A DNA stretch of 64,000 nucleotides, from positions 2,356,001 to 2,420,000 of the forward strand of contig JBLDXI010000009.1 in the NCBI GenBank assembly GCA_047495785.1, read 5' to 3'. This DNA comes from Lepidodermella squamata. Taxonomy: Eukaryota > Animalia > Gastrotricha. The notes beneath the pieces were generated by a model. That model saw nothing but the letters and a program-made list of their open reading frames with translations, was not told the DNA's origin and searched no databases. Shown here piece after piece: positions 1 to 12,824 of the stretch (position 1 is its first letter; the number at the start of each line of letters is the position of its first letter). Position numbers and translations under genes: made by a program.

Positions 1-327
1 CATGAAAAATCAGAACGTTATGCTGTGGCCGAGGCTATAAGCTTGCTTGCGAGAGTTATCGGGACTCACAGCAGCATTGTTACGCAAGAGGCTTCTGAAA
101 TGAATCACGTGTTTTTTAGTCATAAACATGTGTCTTAGCATAATTTTTTCAAGTCCCTTTATGAACTCAATATTGTGCCATATTGGGAGAATCACCCAAT
201 TTTTAACTTGAATCAAACTCATAACCACGTGATATTTTGTCGATTGTCTGCAATAACGAAAAAAATCACAAAAAAACAGTAAAGCAAGAAAAAATTCGCA
301 AAAATGATTTATTTATTTCATAACATT

Positions 328-1956
328 TCAAATTGCAAGAAATGCCACTATCATTACTAAGACTGATGCTAGTTGAGATTGATGCAAAATGTCAGCTGAA
401 TTTTTTTTCGGAATAACCGCGGACGGGAACCTCGTTACAGACTTGAAGCTTTCCAGAAACGTGTTCAGAGTCGCATCGACCTCCTCGCCCCCGAAAACAT
501 CCGCGGCAGGAGCTGCTTTTATGCCAGTCACTATTGCGTCTTCAATGTCCGTTTTCGACAAGGCCAGGTCAGAATTTACCATGGACGCAAACATCAGCTG
601 GAATTTGTCATTTCTGGAAAATAATCGAATTAATTTCAAATTGTTATCCTAAAAACGGGGTGGCTTACGTGTAAGTTATAGTTTTCAAGTCGACTTTACT
701 CGCAGGCAAACCACCCGCTGCTAAAATAGTTCCCATTTGTCGTTCAAGAGTGCCACCGAGCGCCTTTATGACACCGTCAGTATTTTGCAAATCGCTGCTC
801 GAAACTACGGTTCCATTTGGATAGACGAGTTTCGGTGCGTTCAAAATTGCCTCAACTTCTGGTAAAAAAAATAGGAATTAAGGTGAATTTTCATAAAATT
901 ATGATGACTCACTTGATGTAACAGATGGGAAAGTAACTCCAGGTCGAGTTGAGGAGCGGAAAAATGACGTTGAAGGTGATTTTGACATGATGGCTTTTGT
1001 AGAGGTCGAGGTCAAGGTTGCCCTAGTCGAACTTGAGATAATTGTGGTTGTGGTTGACTGCGCTTGAGATGATGTGGTCGTTGAAGTAATCGAGCTCGTC
1101 ATATCTGGTCACAAAAATTGTTAAAAAAAAGGTCACAATTTCAGGAGAATTCAAACATACCGTAAATTTTAGCCGAGCAAGCCTTTTCAATTTTTTTGAG
1201 ATCTTCAACGCCGAGAGAAATCGAATAGATAGCGAGGCTCGAGATGGAAACACCAGGAATCAAATCGGAAACTTCTGGCGTTCGTCCAATCGCGAAGCTG
1301 TTCGAATTTTTGTAGAACGCCCCTCCGTTGATTTTTGTCGATGCCTGAGTCGCGGTATTCAAGTCGAGTTGAAGCGTTAGTTGTTGATTCGCCTCGTCGT
1401 AGGTGATCGATACGAAATGCCACTGGCCCGGAATCATCGCAATTTCTTTGCCAACGCTGAAACGCGTGTTGTCGTAGTTGAAGTAGTTCAAACTGATGGT
1501 CGGAATTCCGGCCGATGTTACGCTGATGGCGAGAGACAACGCGTATTTCGCCGAGCTTGGATCATTGACGGAAACGATGCTGTACTGCTTGTTCACGGTG
1601 GCTGATTTTGTCTCGGTGTATCGCAGGTAGAACGTCATGGTGAATGGTCTGTTATTCGCGAAAAGTGACGAAATTCGTTTGGTGTTATCCGAATAGACAG
1701 CGATAGGTCCCGGGTCAGATTTCAAGGAGATTGATCGACCAGGTTCCTGCGACGGACCAGAATCGGCATCAATTTGATAGTTTCCATTAAGGGCAGGTGT
1801 TTCTCCAATTATGACATCAGTGGTCTTCGAATTTTCGTCCAAAGGCCAAAATGCTAGCAGGTAGGATTTCAGTGGCATATCCACTGTTGTCGGATTGATA
1901 GCGGCCATTGTGTAGACCAGGCCGAGAAAAGTCAGGAAGATAGAGTTCGGAGACAT
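328..1956 (-). CDS. LamG/pentraxin-like + mucin stalk + SEA-like domain + GPI-like tail surface protein, paralogue 1 (4 exons)
   Basis: ATG at 1956 starts a signal peptide (MSPNSIFLTFLGLVYTMAA). LamG-type motifs LAFWPLDE, FTMTFY, WHFVSITYD, SSLAIYS. GT-AG introns at 1105-1160 and 859-912, plus a third at ~615-669. Ser/Thr exon 913-1104; exon KVEAILNAPKLVYPNGT...; hydrophobic C-terminus LASVLVMIVAFLAI*. Confidence 0.8.
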
Positions 1957-3468
1957 TTTTTCTGCTAATCGCTGAGAGAATGATGATTTCGGAGCGCTTC
2001 GGCGGCCATAAAATACCCTCACGCGTCGGTGGTATGCGCGTGAAGCATCGCGTGAAGCACTGCACGTGAATTCGTTTTGTTTGTTTTCAATCAAAATTTC
2101 GGAAAATTGACACCGACGTCTGTGCTGGCGGTTCGGTTTTATGTCAAAAGTTCGTCCCCGACGACTGATAATAAGATCTGCGGGGGTTGGGAATAGGGCC
2201 AGCAAGTCTGATAAAGTGAGTTCGCGGCTTATAACGCTGAAAACCATTTCCTATTTGCCTATCATTTCGCGGCAATTAGTTCAATTTTTTGGCACGCATA
2301 CCAAATTTTCAACTCGCAGGTGGGCGTTTCATCAATGAAATGCAACACACACATCGAATTCACGTGGTTGGAAGTTCGCCAAATTAACGCACGTGTCGAA
2401 GTCCAAAAATCATCGGTGAACTGTCGAAATCCGTTATTTTCGCAATCGAATTGTGCCTAACCTCGTCTATGATACGAAGCAGAGATGCCTAATAAAAGGG
2501 AGACAATAATTCTATTGCTGAAGGTTCCGAATTCACAAATCTATAATGAGTGAATCACTTCAACCTCACTTCAACCAACTTCAATAACCAACTATTCACT
2601 TGATCTAAAACATAGCTTATAGTCACTTTTTTCCGCAGCGAATGACGCCGGCCATTTCGACCGATGACGCATCGTTATATCGCGCTATAGTGACATTTTC
2701 TGTAGATTCTTTGGCGGATTTGTTCATTCCTTGTTCCTAGTTTTTTAGGTTGTGGCTCGAATCCACATGCATGCGTCCATTTTACATCTATTTTTCTTTA
2801 TAGTGTGAACCTCAGACAAAATTATGTCTACGTATGGCGTGAACAGGAAAGCTTATCTTTCCGCTTGGCATCGAATATCGCACTGCCGAGGTTCGATCCT
2901 TGTTTTTGTGTTTGCGATTTGCCCGGATCATCACCACTTTTTTGTCGCAGATGAATGATTTATATGCTTTTAACCTAACTTTTACTTTTGATGCCCTGTT
3001 CGAACTCGTGCCATGGAAATAGGAATTCTGTAAAAAATGAACTCGAAAAAAATCCACGAAAATAGGCAGAGGACTTTTAATCCCTGGCGACTTTTGAGAT
3101 GCGGTTTTCAGATAATTGACCAGCGTGAAATATTGGGTCAGAAACGGAAAAAATCTCAATCCTATCGATGGAGATAGAACTTTTAGCTGCACTAACGACG
3201 AGTTCATATAAAAGAGTTCATAAATTCCAAATTCTATACAGCTGCTTTTTGTCGTCAAATGTCAGTTTGCCTCCTACGGGTTTTGAAGCACTCTGTTAGG
3301 CGGTAATTTTGAAATACTTTCTAGATTTGCACATATGACATATGACTGAATCGAATTACGTTGAATTATCCAAATGCCTAGCGCCTAGCATTGAATTTTC
3401 ACTTCCCTTGAAAACCCTCAAAAATTAAATTTTCGAACCAATCCTCCGCTAAAAAAACGGAATATCTT

Positions 3469-3742
3469 TTAGCGGAACCAAATTTTACGGTGCGCGCGGA
3501 ACCTAATTTGCTGTAGCGGAACCAAAGTCGAAATATGCCAAAATTCATTTTTTGAATATTTCTACGAAATTTAGGCTAAGCATGCGTTTTGAACTGAACA
3601 CTTCACACTTCGTCTTATAGAAAATGATGCGCTTGATTCATTGGTGAATTTTCTAGAATTATTGTGGCCAATCTTGACCTGCAAGAAATATCCAAAAAGC
3701 GATTTCAGGCTACTAGAAAATTCCAATATTTGGTTCCGCTAA
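3469..3742. mobile_element. Possible MITE-like relic with 15-bp terminal inverted repeats
   Basis: TTAGCGGAACCAAAT (3469-3483) is the exact reverse complement of ATTTGGTTCCGCTAA (3728-3742). Internal GCGGAACC copies at ~3496 and ~3515. No target-site duplication identified. Confidence 0.35.
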
Positions 3743-4395
3743 CAGGAGGACCCTTAAAAAAACACTTAGAAACTTCATTTATTGAGTTAAGTGGCATAAG
3801 ATGGGCAGTAAGATCCTATTTTATTATTATAAAAGGTCGATGCGGGGTTCAAGCGAAAACTCGACCTGAAAGTCGGCCGCGACCGAAATTAGTTTCAGAG
3901 CCAACGGCCTTAAACTTGAAGCTTTCATAGACGGCTTTCCACATTACTTGGAGTTAAGGGCTAAGTACTGGTTGTATGGCTTGTAGTTAAAATCCTTTGC
4001 GGATTGCCAAAAAATTCAAATAATTTTACCAAAGGTAAAAACATCGACGTGGCGATGAATCTTGAAATCTCACTTTTGGAAGGCTTGATGATGACCTCTT
4101 TTACTTGGATTTCTCTCCAATGACATTTCTCTTCTAGCTGAACTGTGTGGATCTGTTTAAAAGCTGTTAGTTAGGGCTATAAGTTATTATACCACGGTTG
4201 AAAGATTTTATTCGACGCAAAGAAGTCGATGCCATTTTTACTGATCCAATTCCAAAAAAACAAGGTGAAAGTAAAAGAGAAGGTATAAGCAGTTCAAGAA
4301 TGGTATTCGGAGTTGCGCTCAGAAATTTCGATCATTATGAAAGCATGTCAAAGTCAAAAGGGCGCAGGTGGGTATAGGTCGTATAAAGGTTTGAT

Positions 4396-6318
4396 TTAGA
4401 TCTGAGTGATCTTAATGATTACCGCAGACAATGCAGAAACCACAGTAAAAAATGAGTAGGAATTAACATGAATTCGTACTGCTAAGCTTTTTCCATTAGG
4501 CGACTGCTTGGGCTTTGTATCCATCGCTTGAAGGAATGAGTTGAGGGTGGCATCGGCTCCGGTATCGCCGAAAAGGTCTTTCAAATCGATTGCAGCTGCC
4601 CCGTCTTTGATCGCTTGCTCAACTTGACCTTGAGTTACTCCGAAATCAGAGCTCACCAGTGATGAGAACATCATCTCGAACCTCTTATCTCTGCAATAAA
4701 TTCAAAGCCTTCCTATTACTGATAACGGATGATGAAATGGACGTACACGTATTTGACGTCTGTTAAGTCTACTTTAGTCGGCGATAGGCTTCCAGCAGAA
4801 TAAATTGCACTCATCTGCTGCTCCAACTGCGGTTTCATGACATCGAGAAAGGCAGCGCTCTTTAGATCTGCGTCTGTTGGAACGGCAGTTTTGTTTGGGT
4901 ACAGCAATTTCTGAGCGCTCAACGTTGTCAAAACGGCTGAAAAAAATTGAACTCTAAATGTGTAGTCTAAATAGTTGGAAGCTACTAACTTGAGGGCACA
5001 AGTGACGAGGATGCAGCTTTGCTGACTGTTGATGATTTGATGGCCGAAATCGTTGAGCTGACCGATGCTGCTTTTGAGGGTCCATTCGTTTGGCCCTGGG
5101 CATTCGTGAGCTTTGTGGTCGACGATCCGGATTTAGAGGCACTGGCTGTGACGGGCTTTGCAGTTGAAGGTGAGGATGAAGCCGAAGAAATCGTTTGGCC
5201 TTGTGCATTTGTCAACTTTGTAGTTGACGAGTTGGGTTGAGAAACGCTAGTTGAGGCTGCTTTTGTCGTCGAAGAAGAGGTTGCAGCCGAAGTAGTTGTT
5301 TGAGAGGAACTTCCTGAGCCAGCTTTCGCTGTTGAAGTCATCTTGGTTGTCGTTGTTGAGGACGAGGTAGCTTGGGGTAAAAATAGGATTTCTATATTTA
5401 TTCTCCGCCGAAATCTTGTAAAATTAACCGGGCAAACGTTTTGAATCAAGATTACCTCCAAGCAAAATAACGAATTTTAACTTGTAACTTACATGATAAT
5501 GCCAAAGGACAAGCTGTTCTGACTTTATCAATATCCCCAGTTCCTAAAACGTCCTTGTAAATCGCCAGGCAGGAGAGGGACGTCCCAGGTAACATTTTGA
5601 TATTATCTCCGTACCCAAGGGAAATATCATTAGACCCAGGATACAACACTGAGCCATTAACCGCAGCGCTTGTCTGCTTAGTCGGGTTGCCGTCTACAGT
5701 CATGATCATCGTGAAAGATGCGTCGTAGGTTATAGTGACGTAATGCCATTTCCCCAAGTCGATGTCGATTCTTCCGCCGAGCTGGAAGCTCAACATTTTG
5801 TTGTTGCCGTAGTTCAGGCGAAGCTGAGGCTTTCCACTAACTGTTTCTATAAACAGTTTCAATGCGTAATATTCCGATCTGCGAATGGTGAAAAGGCTCG
5901 ACGACCGCCCTGTATAGACCGAACTATTATATCGTACGAAGAATGAAATCGTAAACGGCTTGTTAGCGGCGAATATTGGCAAAACTTTTCCAGCATCATC
6001 CTTGAACGAACCAATTTGGCTCTCAGAAGCCACAGAAAGCGATGTGCCAGGATCACCAAATGGTCCTGGTATTTGGTCTACCACCGGATTGCCTCTATTT
6101 GCAGTACCTCCTCCGAAAATCACCTCTTCGATATTCGAATACTTGTCAAATGGCCATAAAGCGACAATTGATTCACGTCTAGGCATTTTGCCGCTTAACG
6201 GGTGCGGATCAGCTTCAATTCCTAGGATGGCGAGAGCATTGACGTAAGATTCATTTTCTTGATAATCCTTACCTTCGAATTGAATGACTGCTAATAGATA
6301 AATCAGATTGGATATCAT
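4396..6318 (-). CDS. LamG + mucin + SEA-like + GPI-like surface protein, paralogue 2 (5 exons)
   Basis: A signal peptide appears after removing the 51-nt intron 6222-6272. Motifs MPRRESIVALWPFD, FTISFF, WHYVTITYD, SCLAIY...TACP. S/T exon ~4990-5370 with duplicated SSTTKLTNAQGQT; LLYPNKTAV...LEQQM domain; hydrophobic tail. Confidence 0.8.
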
Positions 6319-6958
6319 GATGAATCTGATATAACTGACTTATCCAAGAAGTTTTGTATCGAACCCTATGCAACTGAATCGTTTTTGTCTAATGATTTGT
6401 ATGTTATCAATTACTAGCGATATGGTAGTAAAGGAAAACGTTTTAACGAGCCCAGCAACTTCTGTGGGAAACGTCATAATGAAAAATATACTTTACGGTT
6501 TGAAAGTTCGGTTTGATGATTGAAAATAACTTTCTTGCAATGAAGTCGAGAGATATTGGGACTGCGAGTACCATTAAAGGGTAGGGTTTTACATGCCATC
6601 ATTATCCTTAGATGCTCTTTGCCAATGCTTATATTGCAGTTCTGCAAAAATAAGGCACTGCTAAGATTTTTGAGATGCGTAAACGGAGCTTGCTGAAATT
6701 TGTAACAGAATTCTTTAATAGATCGAGCGGCATAGTAAGGAACGATCGCGGATCGTCTTGCCAGGAGCGCGCGTTTTACCGAGACGTCACATCGAATTGG
6801 GATTAGGAGTACCCCATTCTTTGAGACGCTTTGATAGCAAACCTTGCAAAGCATTTCTCGAGCTCTGAGTTAGCTATTACATTTCAGACATAGATTCGAG
6901 TTTTATTTATTCTTCAAACTTCAGACACACAGGGAATTGGGTATACTTTGAAAAGCTG

Positions 6959-8866
6959 TCATTTCTGCAGTATGATAAGGGATAACATAAGGGTTAACGG
7001 TGTTGCCATTGACGGTGTCGAGTTTTTGACTACAGGTAAAGGGTTCGTGTTAGCAGTCGAAGTGGCCCCAATTGAAACCCCGCTACTGCCGAACAAGTCG
7101 GTCAGGTCAACCGAGGCCAAACTCTCCTTGACTACCTTATCAATATCCTCGGGCGATAAGCCTGAAGTAGAGCCGACAACTGCGTCAAACACCATTTGGT
7201 ACAGCTGCTTATCATCCCTATAATCATAGCAAAAATTATCTCACGATGTCCCTCATTTACGGTAAAACTTACAAGAATTTGATTTCCTTCAAGTCGACAC
7301 TATTAGACGACAGATTTCCTGCCGCAAAAATGTCAACCATTTGCTGCTCGAGCTGATTCTCCAACGACTTGAAAACATCCGGGTTATTGATGTCTTTGCT
7401 ATTAACGGCTGTTCCGTTAGGATAAAGCAATGTTGATGCACTCAGGGAGGTTGTCACCTCTTTAATTGGAAACAATTTTTTAGAGCATATATTAAGGGAA
7501 AATTCTTGCTTGTAGCAAAGGCTGGTGATGTCGTTGAGGGCGATGATGCGGTGGTAGATGATTTGGGCATTACCGTTGAACCAGCTGCTGCACTCTGTTT
7601 TACAGTCGAGGCCGATTGGGTGGCGGGAGATGATGGATTTTGCGCCTGGGATGCTGCGGTTGCTGCTTTCGATGATTGTGTTGGATTTGGTCCCGTAGAA
7701 GAGGATGGAATAGCCGTTGGATTTTGCCCCTGGGTAACTGCTTTTGAAGTTGTGTCTGCTGCTTGCGTTGGATTTGCTGTTGGTGCTGCAGGGGATGCTG
7801 TGGCAGTCGTTGGATTTTGCGCCTGTGTTGCTGCTTTTGAGGCTGTTGCGCCTGCTGTTTCTGTTGGATTTACGGTAGGCGCAGTTGTTGTTGTTGTTGT
7901 TGTTGTTGAAGTCGTCGTTGAAGTCGTCGACGATGAGGTTGAACCGGTTAGGTCTATAATTCATCGCAGTCAACAATTATACCAGAGCAAACAGAGCAGA
8001 AATCTTTAGCATTTAGCACTCACCTCTGTCGTAAGTAACACTTGCTTCTCTTAGCAGCTGAAGGTCAGATTCTTCCAATAGGCCCCTGTAAATAGACAAA
8101 CCAGCAATCGATGTTCCAGTATTCATATCGGAACTTGTTGAATTTCCAAATGTGATCGCGTTTGACCTCACAAACAAGGGACCTTCAGTTTCCGCAAATA
8201 CAGTGTCTTTGTCCACTGATAGAGAGAGATTGCCATTTTCGTTATTCCATTTAATTGTCACGAAGTTCCAAGTTTCCCATTTAGTTAGCACCATTGAATT
8301 AATTGAATTCATTCTCCCAGTGGTGTTCATGTAGAAGAGCATGAGCACAGGTTTGTTCCCGGAAGCGTGAGCCAATAGACTTAACGCAAAACTTTTTTGA
8401 GGCAGAGATCGTATACAGATGATTGCTGATTTATCATCTGCAGCCCAGCCAGTGTTTTGCAAACGCAAGAAGAATGCGATCGTCATGGAGCTAGTCATTG
8501 TCAAATATTGCGCTAGCTTTTCGCTAACAGATATAGAAATGAAGCCCGATTTCGTCACTGAAACAGAATGCTTGGGCTCGCCCAAAACTCCAGTGATTTC
8601 GTCGATCTGACGATCTCCTGATTCTGTTTCGCCTATTCCGAGATTTACCTCTGCAAACTGCGAAAACCAATCGAACGGCCAATATGCGACAAGATCGCTT
8701 CTCCGGGGCAACTTTGCCAAGGCTGGATGTTCAATCGCGGCTTCAGTGCTGATCACAGCAAGCGCTACTATTGTACAAAGAAGTCAGCATTTGTTCACCT
8801 GAATAACCCGGAAACCCTACCTAAAGCCGTAGTGATAATTCCCCGAACGCATAAAACTTTAGCCAT
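6959..8866 (-). CDS. LamG + mucin + SEA-like + GPI-like surface protein, paralogue 3 (5 exons)
   Basis: Exon 1 MAKVLCVRGIITTAL splices to VALAVISTEA (signal peptide). Motifs LPRRSDLVAYWPFD, WNFVTIKW. T/A/P-rich exon 7510-7953 with AKP/NPT repeats; LLYPNGTAV...LEQQM domain; tail TPLTLMLSLIILQK*. Confidence 0.8.
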
Positions 8867-9854
8867 TGGGGTCGGAAAATGTTCTCGCTGAATACAATGA
8901 CTTGCCAGCGATTCTTGAGAGAACTCCCTGGTCCGAAGGCTTTGATGATTGTTGAACTTTCGTTATTTTCATCATGTTTTAATTCAAAACAACTATTTGC
9001 CCAATCAGGTTTAGACGTTGTTATTATCAAATTCATCAAACATTCTGAAAAATGCAATCAAAATTACGACGGGCTGATTGCCGCATCCCTGAAAATGGAT
9101 GCATCGTCGGTATTCCGCTTGGAGGAGTGACATAGAAAGATGAGACAAGGGGCAAAACGAATCGATTACTAGCAATTTCAACTCACAGAGACCAGAGAAA
9201 AATGACCAGATATATTCCGAAAATCACTTTTGACCTGCGCTTTTACCTGAGAAAAGTAATAGATGACTTGGGCAGTACGGCCATTAATGGCGGCGGAGAC
9301 CTGGTCAAACAAGCCTTCCGCTCTATAAGCTGAGGTGTAGATTTCATGATTATGCGGCGAAACTGGGTATAGAGTAATAGCCGAGTAATAACTTCACACG
9401 TAGTTGCGCTTCTAACAAAAAACCATTTAATACGCGTGCGCTTCATCAACCAGTTGTTAACTTTGCCCGTCGTAAGTATATATATCACATCCAGTGCTCT
9501 CCCGGCATGGAGTGCTGCCGAGATTGACAAGCTTTTTTACGGACTTGTACATTTGGTGTAGCCAAAAATTATGTCCTCACTCAACTGGTAAACAAACAGG
9601 TCTTGTCTGGTTCAAATAGTATGGGTGTCGCCACATATTCTGTCCGTCAAGAAGTGTTTATACCTTATATACTCTTCCAGTTCTACTTTTTAATCAATGA
9701 GCACAGGTAAATAGTATATTGCACATATACAGCCAACTTATGAATATTCCTAATCTACTCTCCTCTGCTTTGAACTTCTTAAGGCTTGTCAGCACTTGAG
9801 CATAATAGCACGCAAGATTTCCTATTATTCTCCTCTTGATGTTAGGAACAAGCA

Positions 9855-12730
9855 ATGTTTCCCAGACACTCCATGAGCAGTATTCCGCCAATCGATGGAG
9901 AGTTTGAGGAGGTTCAACGAAAATCGCGGGATTCATCCAGGCGAACCTCGATATCCAGTGTTCAAACCACCGCCAGTTCCGTTGCATCGCTGCCTTCAAC
10001 TTCAGCCTTCGTACCCCGAGACAGGAGAGACTCCGTGCTATCTAGAATATCGAATGCAATCATCCGAGCTCCGATAAGGCGGCTGACAAGCGAAGGAAAT
10101 CGAAGCCGAGGACATTGGCATTCCCATGATGAGTTCATTCTGAGTTGTGTTGGAAGCGCTGTTGGATTAGGAAATATCTGGCGCTTCCCTTACCTTTGCT
10201 ACAAAAACGGAGGTGGTACTTACCTATTCGCCTATCTTGTGCTCTCAATTACGGTATTTTTCAACATTTATAACTGAAATTGCATGCTCCATTACTTGTT
10301 CAATAGATTGGCTTGCCAATGGTATTTTTCGAACTAAGTTTGGGACAATTTACAAGGAAAGGAGCAACTGGGGTGTGGGGTTACGCCCCCATAGCGAAAG
10401 GCCTCGGTTATTCCATGTGCGCTATCAGTGCTATCGGGTCAATATATTACAACGTCGTGATAGCTTGGTCGATCTACTACCTATTCGCATCATTCAGGTC
10501 ACAACTTTTGTGGGCCGAGTGCGACTACTCATCCTGGGCGGATTATCGATGTGATCTGAAAGTCATTCCTTGTGTTGGCGAACAACTCTTAAAAGCCACA
10601 GATGGCCTTTGTTACAATTTAGAGCCTTGGTTTTCCTCGCAGCAGACATTGCCTCATTTCGTCGAGACCAAATGTGAATTGTCAAATTCAACCGCACTAC
10701 AGTGCTATTACCTGGTCGACAGAGTTGCGCGGAATAGGTCGACGGTCGCTGGTGCCTGGAGTCAAGCAATAGCAACTCGTTTCCAGAGAGCCTCTCAATT
10801 TCCAACGGAGCAATTTTTCTAGTATTATTTTTTGTCAATACGAGCTGAAATGCAACTCACTTGACAATTTGTTTTACAGCAAAGAAGCCCTTGGATACAT
10901 TAAGGACGATAATCCATCCGTTTTCTCGGGTGTCTCTATCGGCACTCCAAGGCATTGGCTAGTGTTATCGCTGTTGCTTGCTTGGACTCTAGTCTTCATT
11001 TGTCGTGAGTCGACTTGGTGCTCTTTTTAAGTATTAATTACCACCGCTGATAATTTCTCAGAATGTTTGGACGGAACCAGGGTTAATGTGAAGGTCATGT
11101 ATTTTGCTGTCTTATTTCCTTACGTGGTAAGTTGATTCGATTTCGGGCTTTTTAAAATAAACGATACTTTTATCAGATAATGGCTGTCCTCATCGGCAGG
11201 GGAGTAAGCTTACCTGGCGCGGTCGATGGAATATTGGTCTTTATTACACCTGAGGCTAGAAAATAACGATTGGTCTTGAAATTAATTGTATTAAATTTCC
11301 ATCATATTCAACAGTTTCAACAGATGAAAAATCCAAACGTTTGGTATTCTGCCGGATCTCAGCTGTTCTTTTCGTTATCAATTGGATGGGGCTGTAACAT
11401 GGCGTTGAGGTGAGGAGCTTTGTGGTATAACATTTGGCCTTTCCTTTCAGCTGAACATTTTTCAATTTTTCAGTTCTTACAACGAAGTTCGGACAAACGC
11501 ACTCAGGGACGCTCTTATCGTATTCAGTAATTTTCATCTAGAAGACGACGGATAAGTTTAGCTTTGAATTTTACATTGCCTTAGTCATCGACACGTCGAC
11601 CTCTGTCGTTTCATCATTCGCAATTTTCTCCGTCCTTGGCTATGGCGCTTATATTCTGCAAAAACCGATCGGGGATGTCGTCGGCCTTGGAAGTGGCTTA
11701 GCTTTCATTCTATACCCGGAGGTATCATTTTACATGTCACCAATCTTCATTGGAGATCTTTGAGCCTTGCTTCATGAATGTATAATTTAGATAATCCAAC
11801 AGTTACCCGGATCAGTTGCTTGGTCTATCCTGTTTTTCCTCACAGTTCTGCTTCTGGGTCTCGACAGCGTCCTGAATTCACTCGAAACAGTCTCAACAGG
11901 TGTGTGATGCCTTGGTGGAAAACAATTTAATACCATTTGTAAAACGACCAGCCTTGTTTGATACATTTCCGAAATTGCGAAAAACTTGGCGTCGCCGATT
12001 AGCTACGACAGCTGCAACTTGCACTATATTCTTCCTTCTCGGATTGCCACTTGTCTGTCCGGTAAAAATTGATTAGCTATAAAGATGAGAACGGCAACAT
12101 TGCACCTATAACAGGGCGGTCCGGAGTTACTGGAAATAATTGATGAATATGGAGCAGGGTGGCCTGTTTTTCTCATCATTCTGTTCGAAACAATTTCTTT
12201 ATCGTGGCTCTACGGCATGCGCCGGTTCTCTAAAGATATCAACGTAATGATGCCCTGGCTTCTCGGCGGCAAAATACGAGCCAAAATTGTGCCTTGGATC
12301 TTGCAAATATTTTTTGGCATCATAGCACCTGGTTCCATTACGGTAAGAATTGTTACGATTACTCAGCTTTTAGTAAAACATTGTCCTTTAGTTTATCATG
12401 GTTTTTTCATGGCTGAATGACGAAAGGAGACCCTTGGCTGGCGAGGAGGCCTTAGGTTGGTGCGTTACTGTGTTTGTAATCATCTGGGTACCCGGAGCTG
12501 CTGTTTGGGTCATACTCGAGAAAGCTCATCAAATGAAAAGCTTCTGGGCTGGTTTTAAAAGTTCGATCTCAAGCTCAATAGGCTGGAACGATAATCGTCG
12601 GGAAATGTATGCAGCATACGGCGGCGAAAGTGACAAATCCAGCTATCCAAACGACGTCACTTCAGCGGGGAAAACTCGCCTTTCAAAAATTTTGAAGGTG
12701 GCTTTCAGGCAAACATCAAACGAATTTTAA
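9855..12730 (+). CDS. SLC6 / neurotransmitter:sodium symporter family transporter, probably an amino-acid transporter (about 12 exons)
   Basis: TM1 motif [28 protein letters not shown], then [44 protein letters not shown] and LLGLDS recovered across spliced exons. Confidence 0.93.
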
Positions 12731-12824
12731 TTGAAAATCCTCATAGTTCATAGTTCATTTAACTTTGCGCATCGCAAATAAAGTTTTCGATACAGCCATA
12801 CAGTGAGATTTTAATTAAAAAGAA

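Noticed and set aside
1957-2247. N-terminal extensions in the ORF track (also 35634-35753 and 59308-59454)
   Set aside because: They start at non-ATG codons in UTR/intergenic sequence; downstream ATGs give proper signal peptides or align with paralogues.
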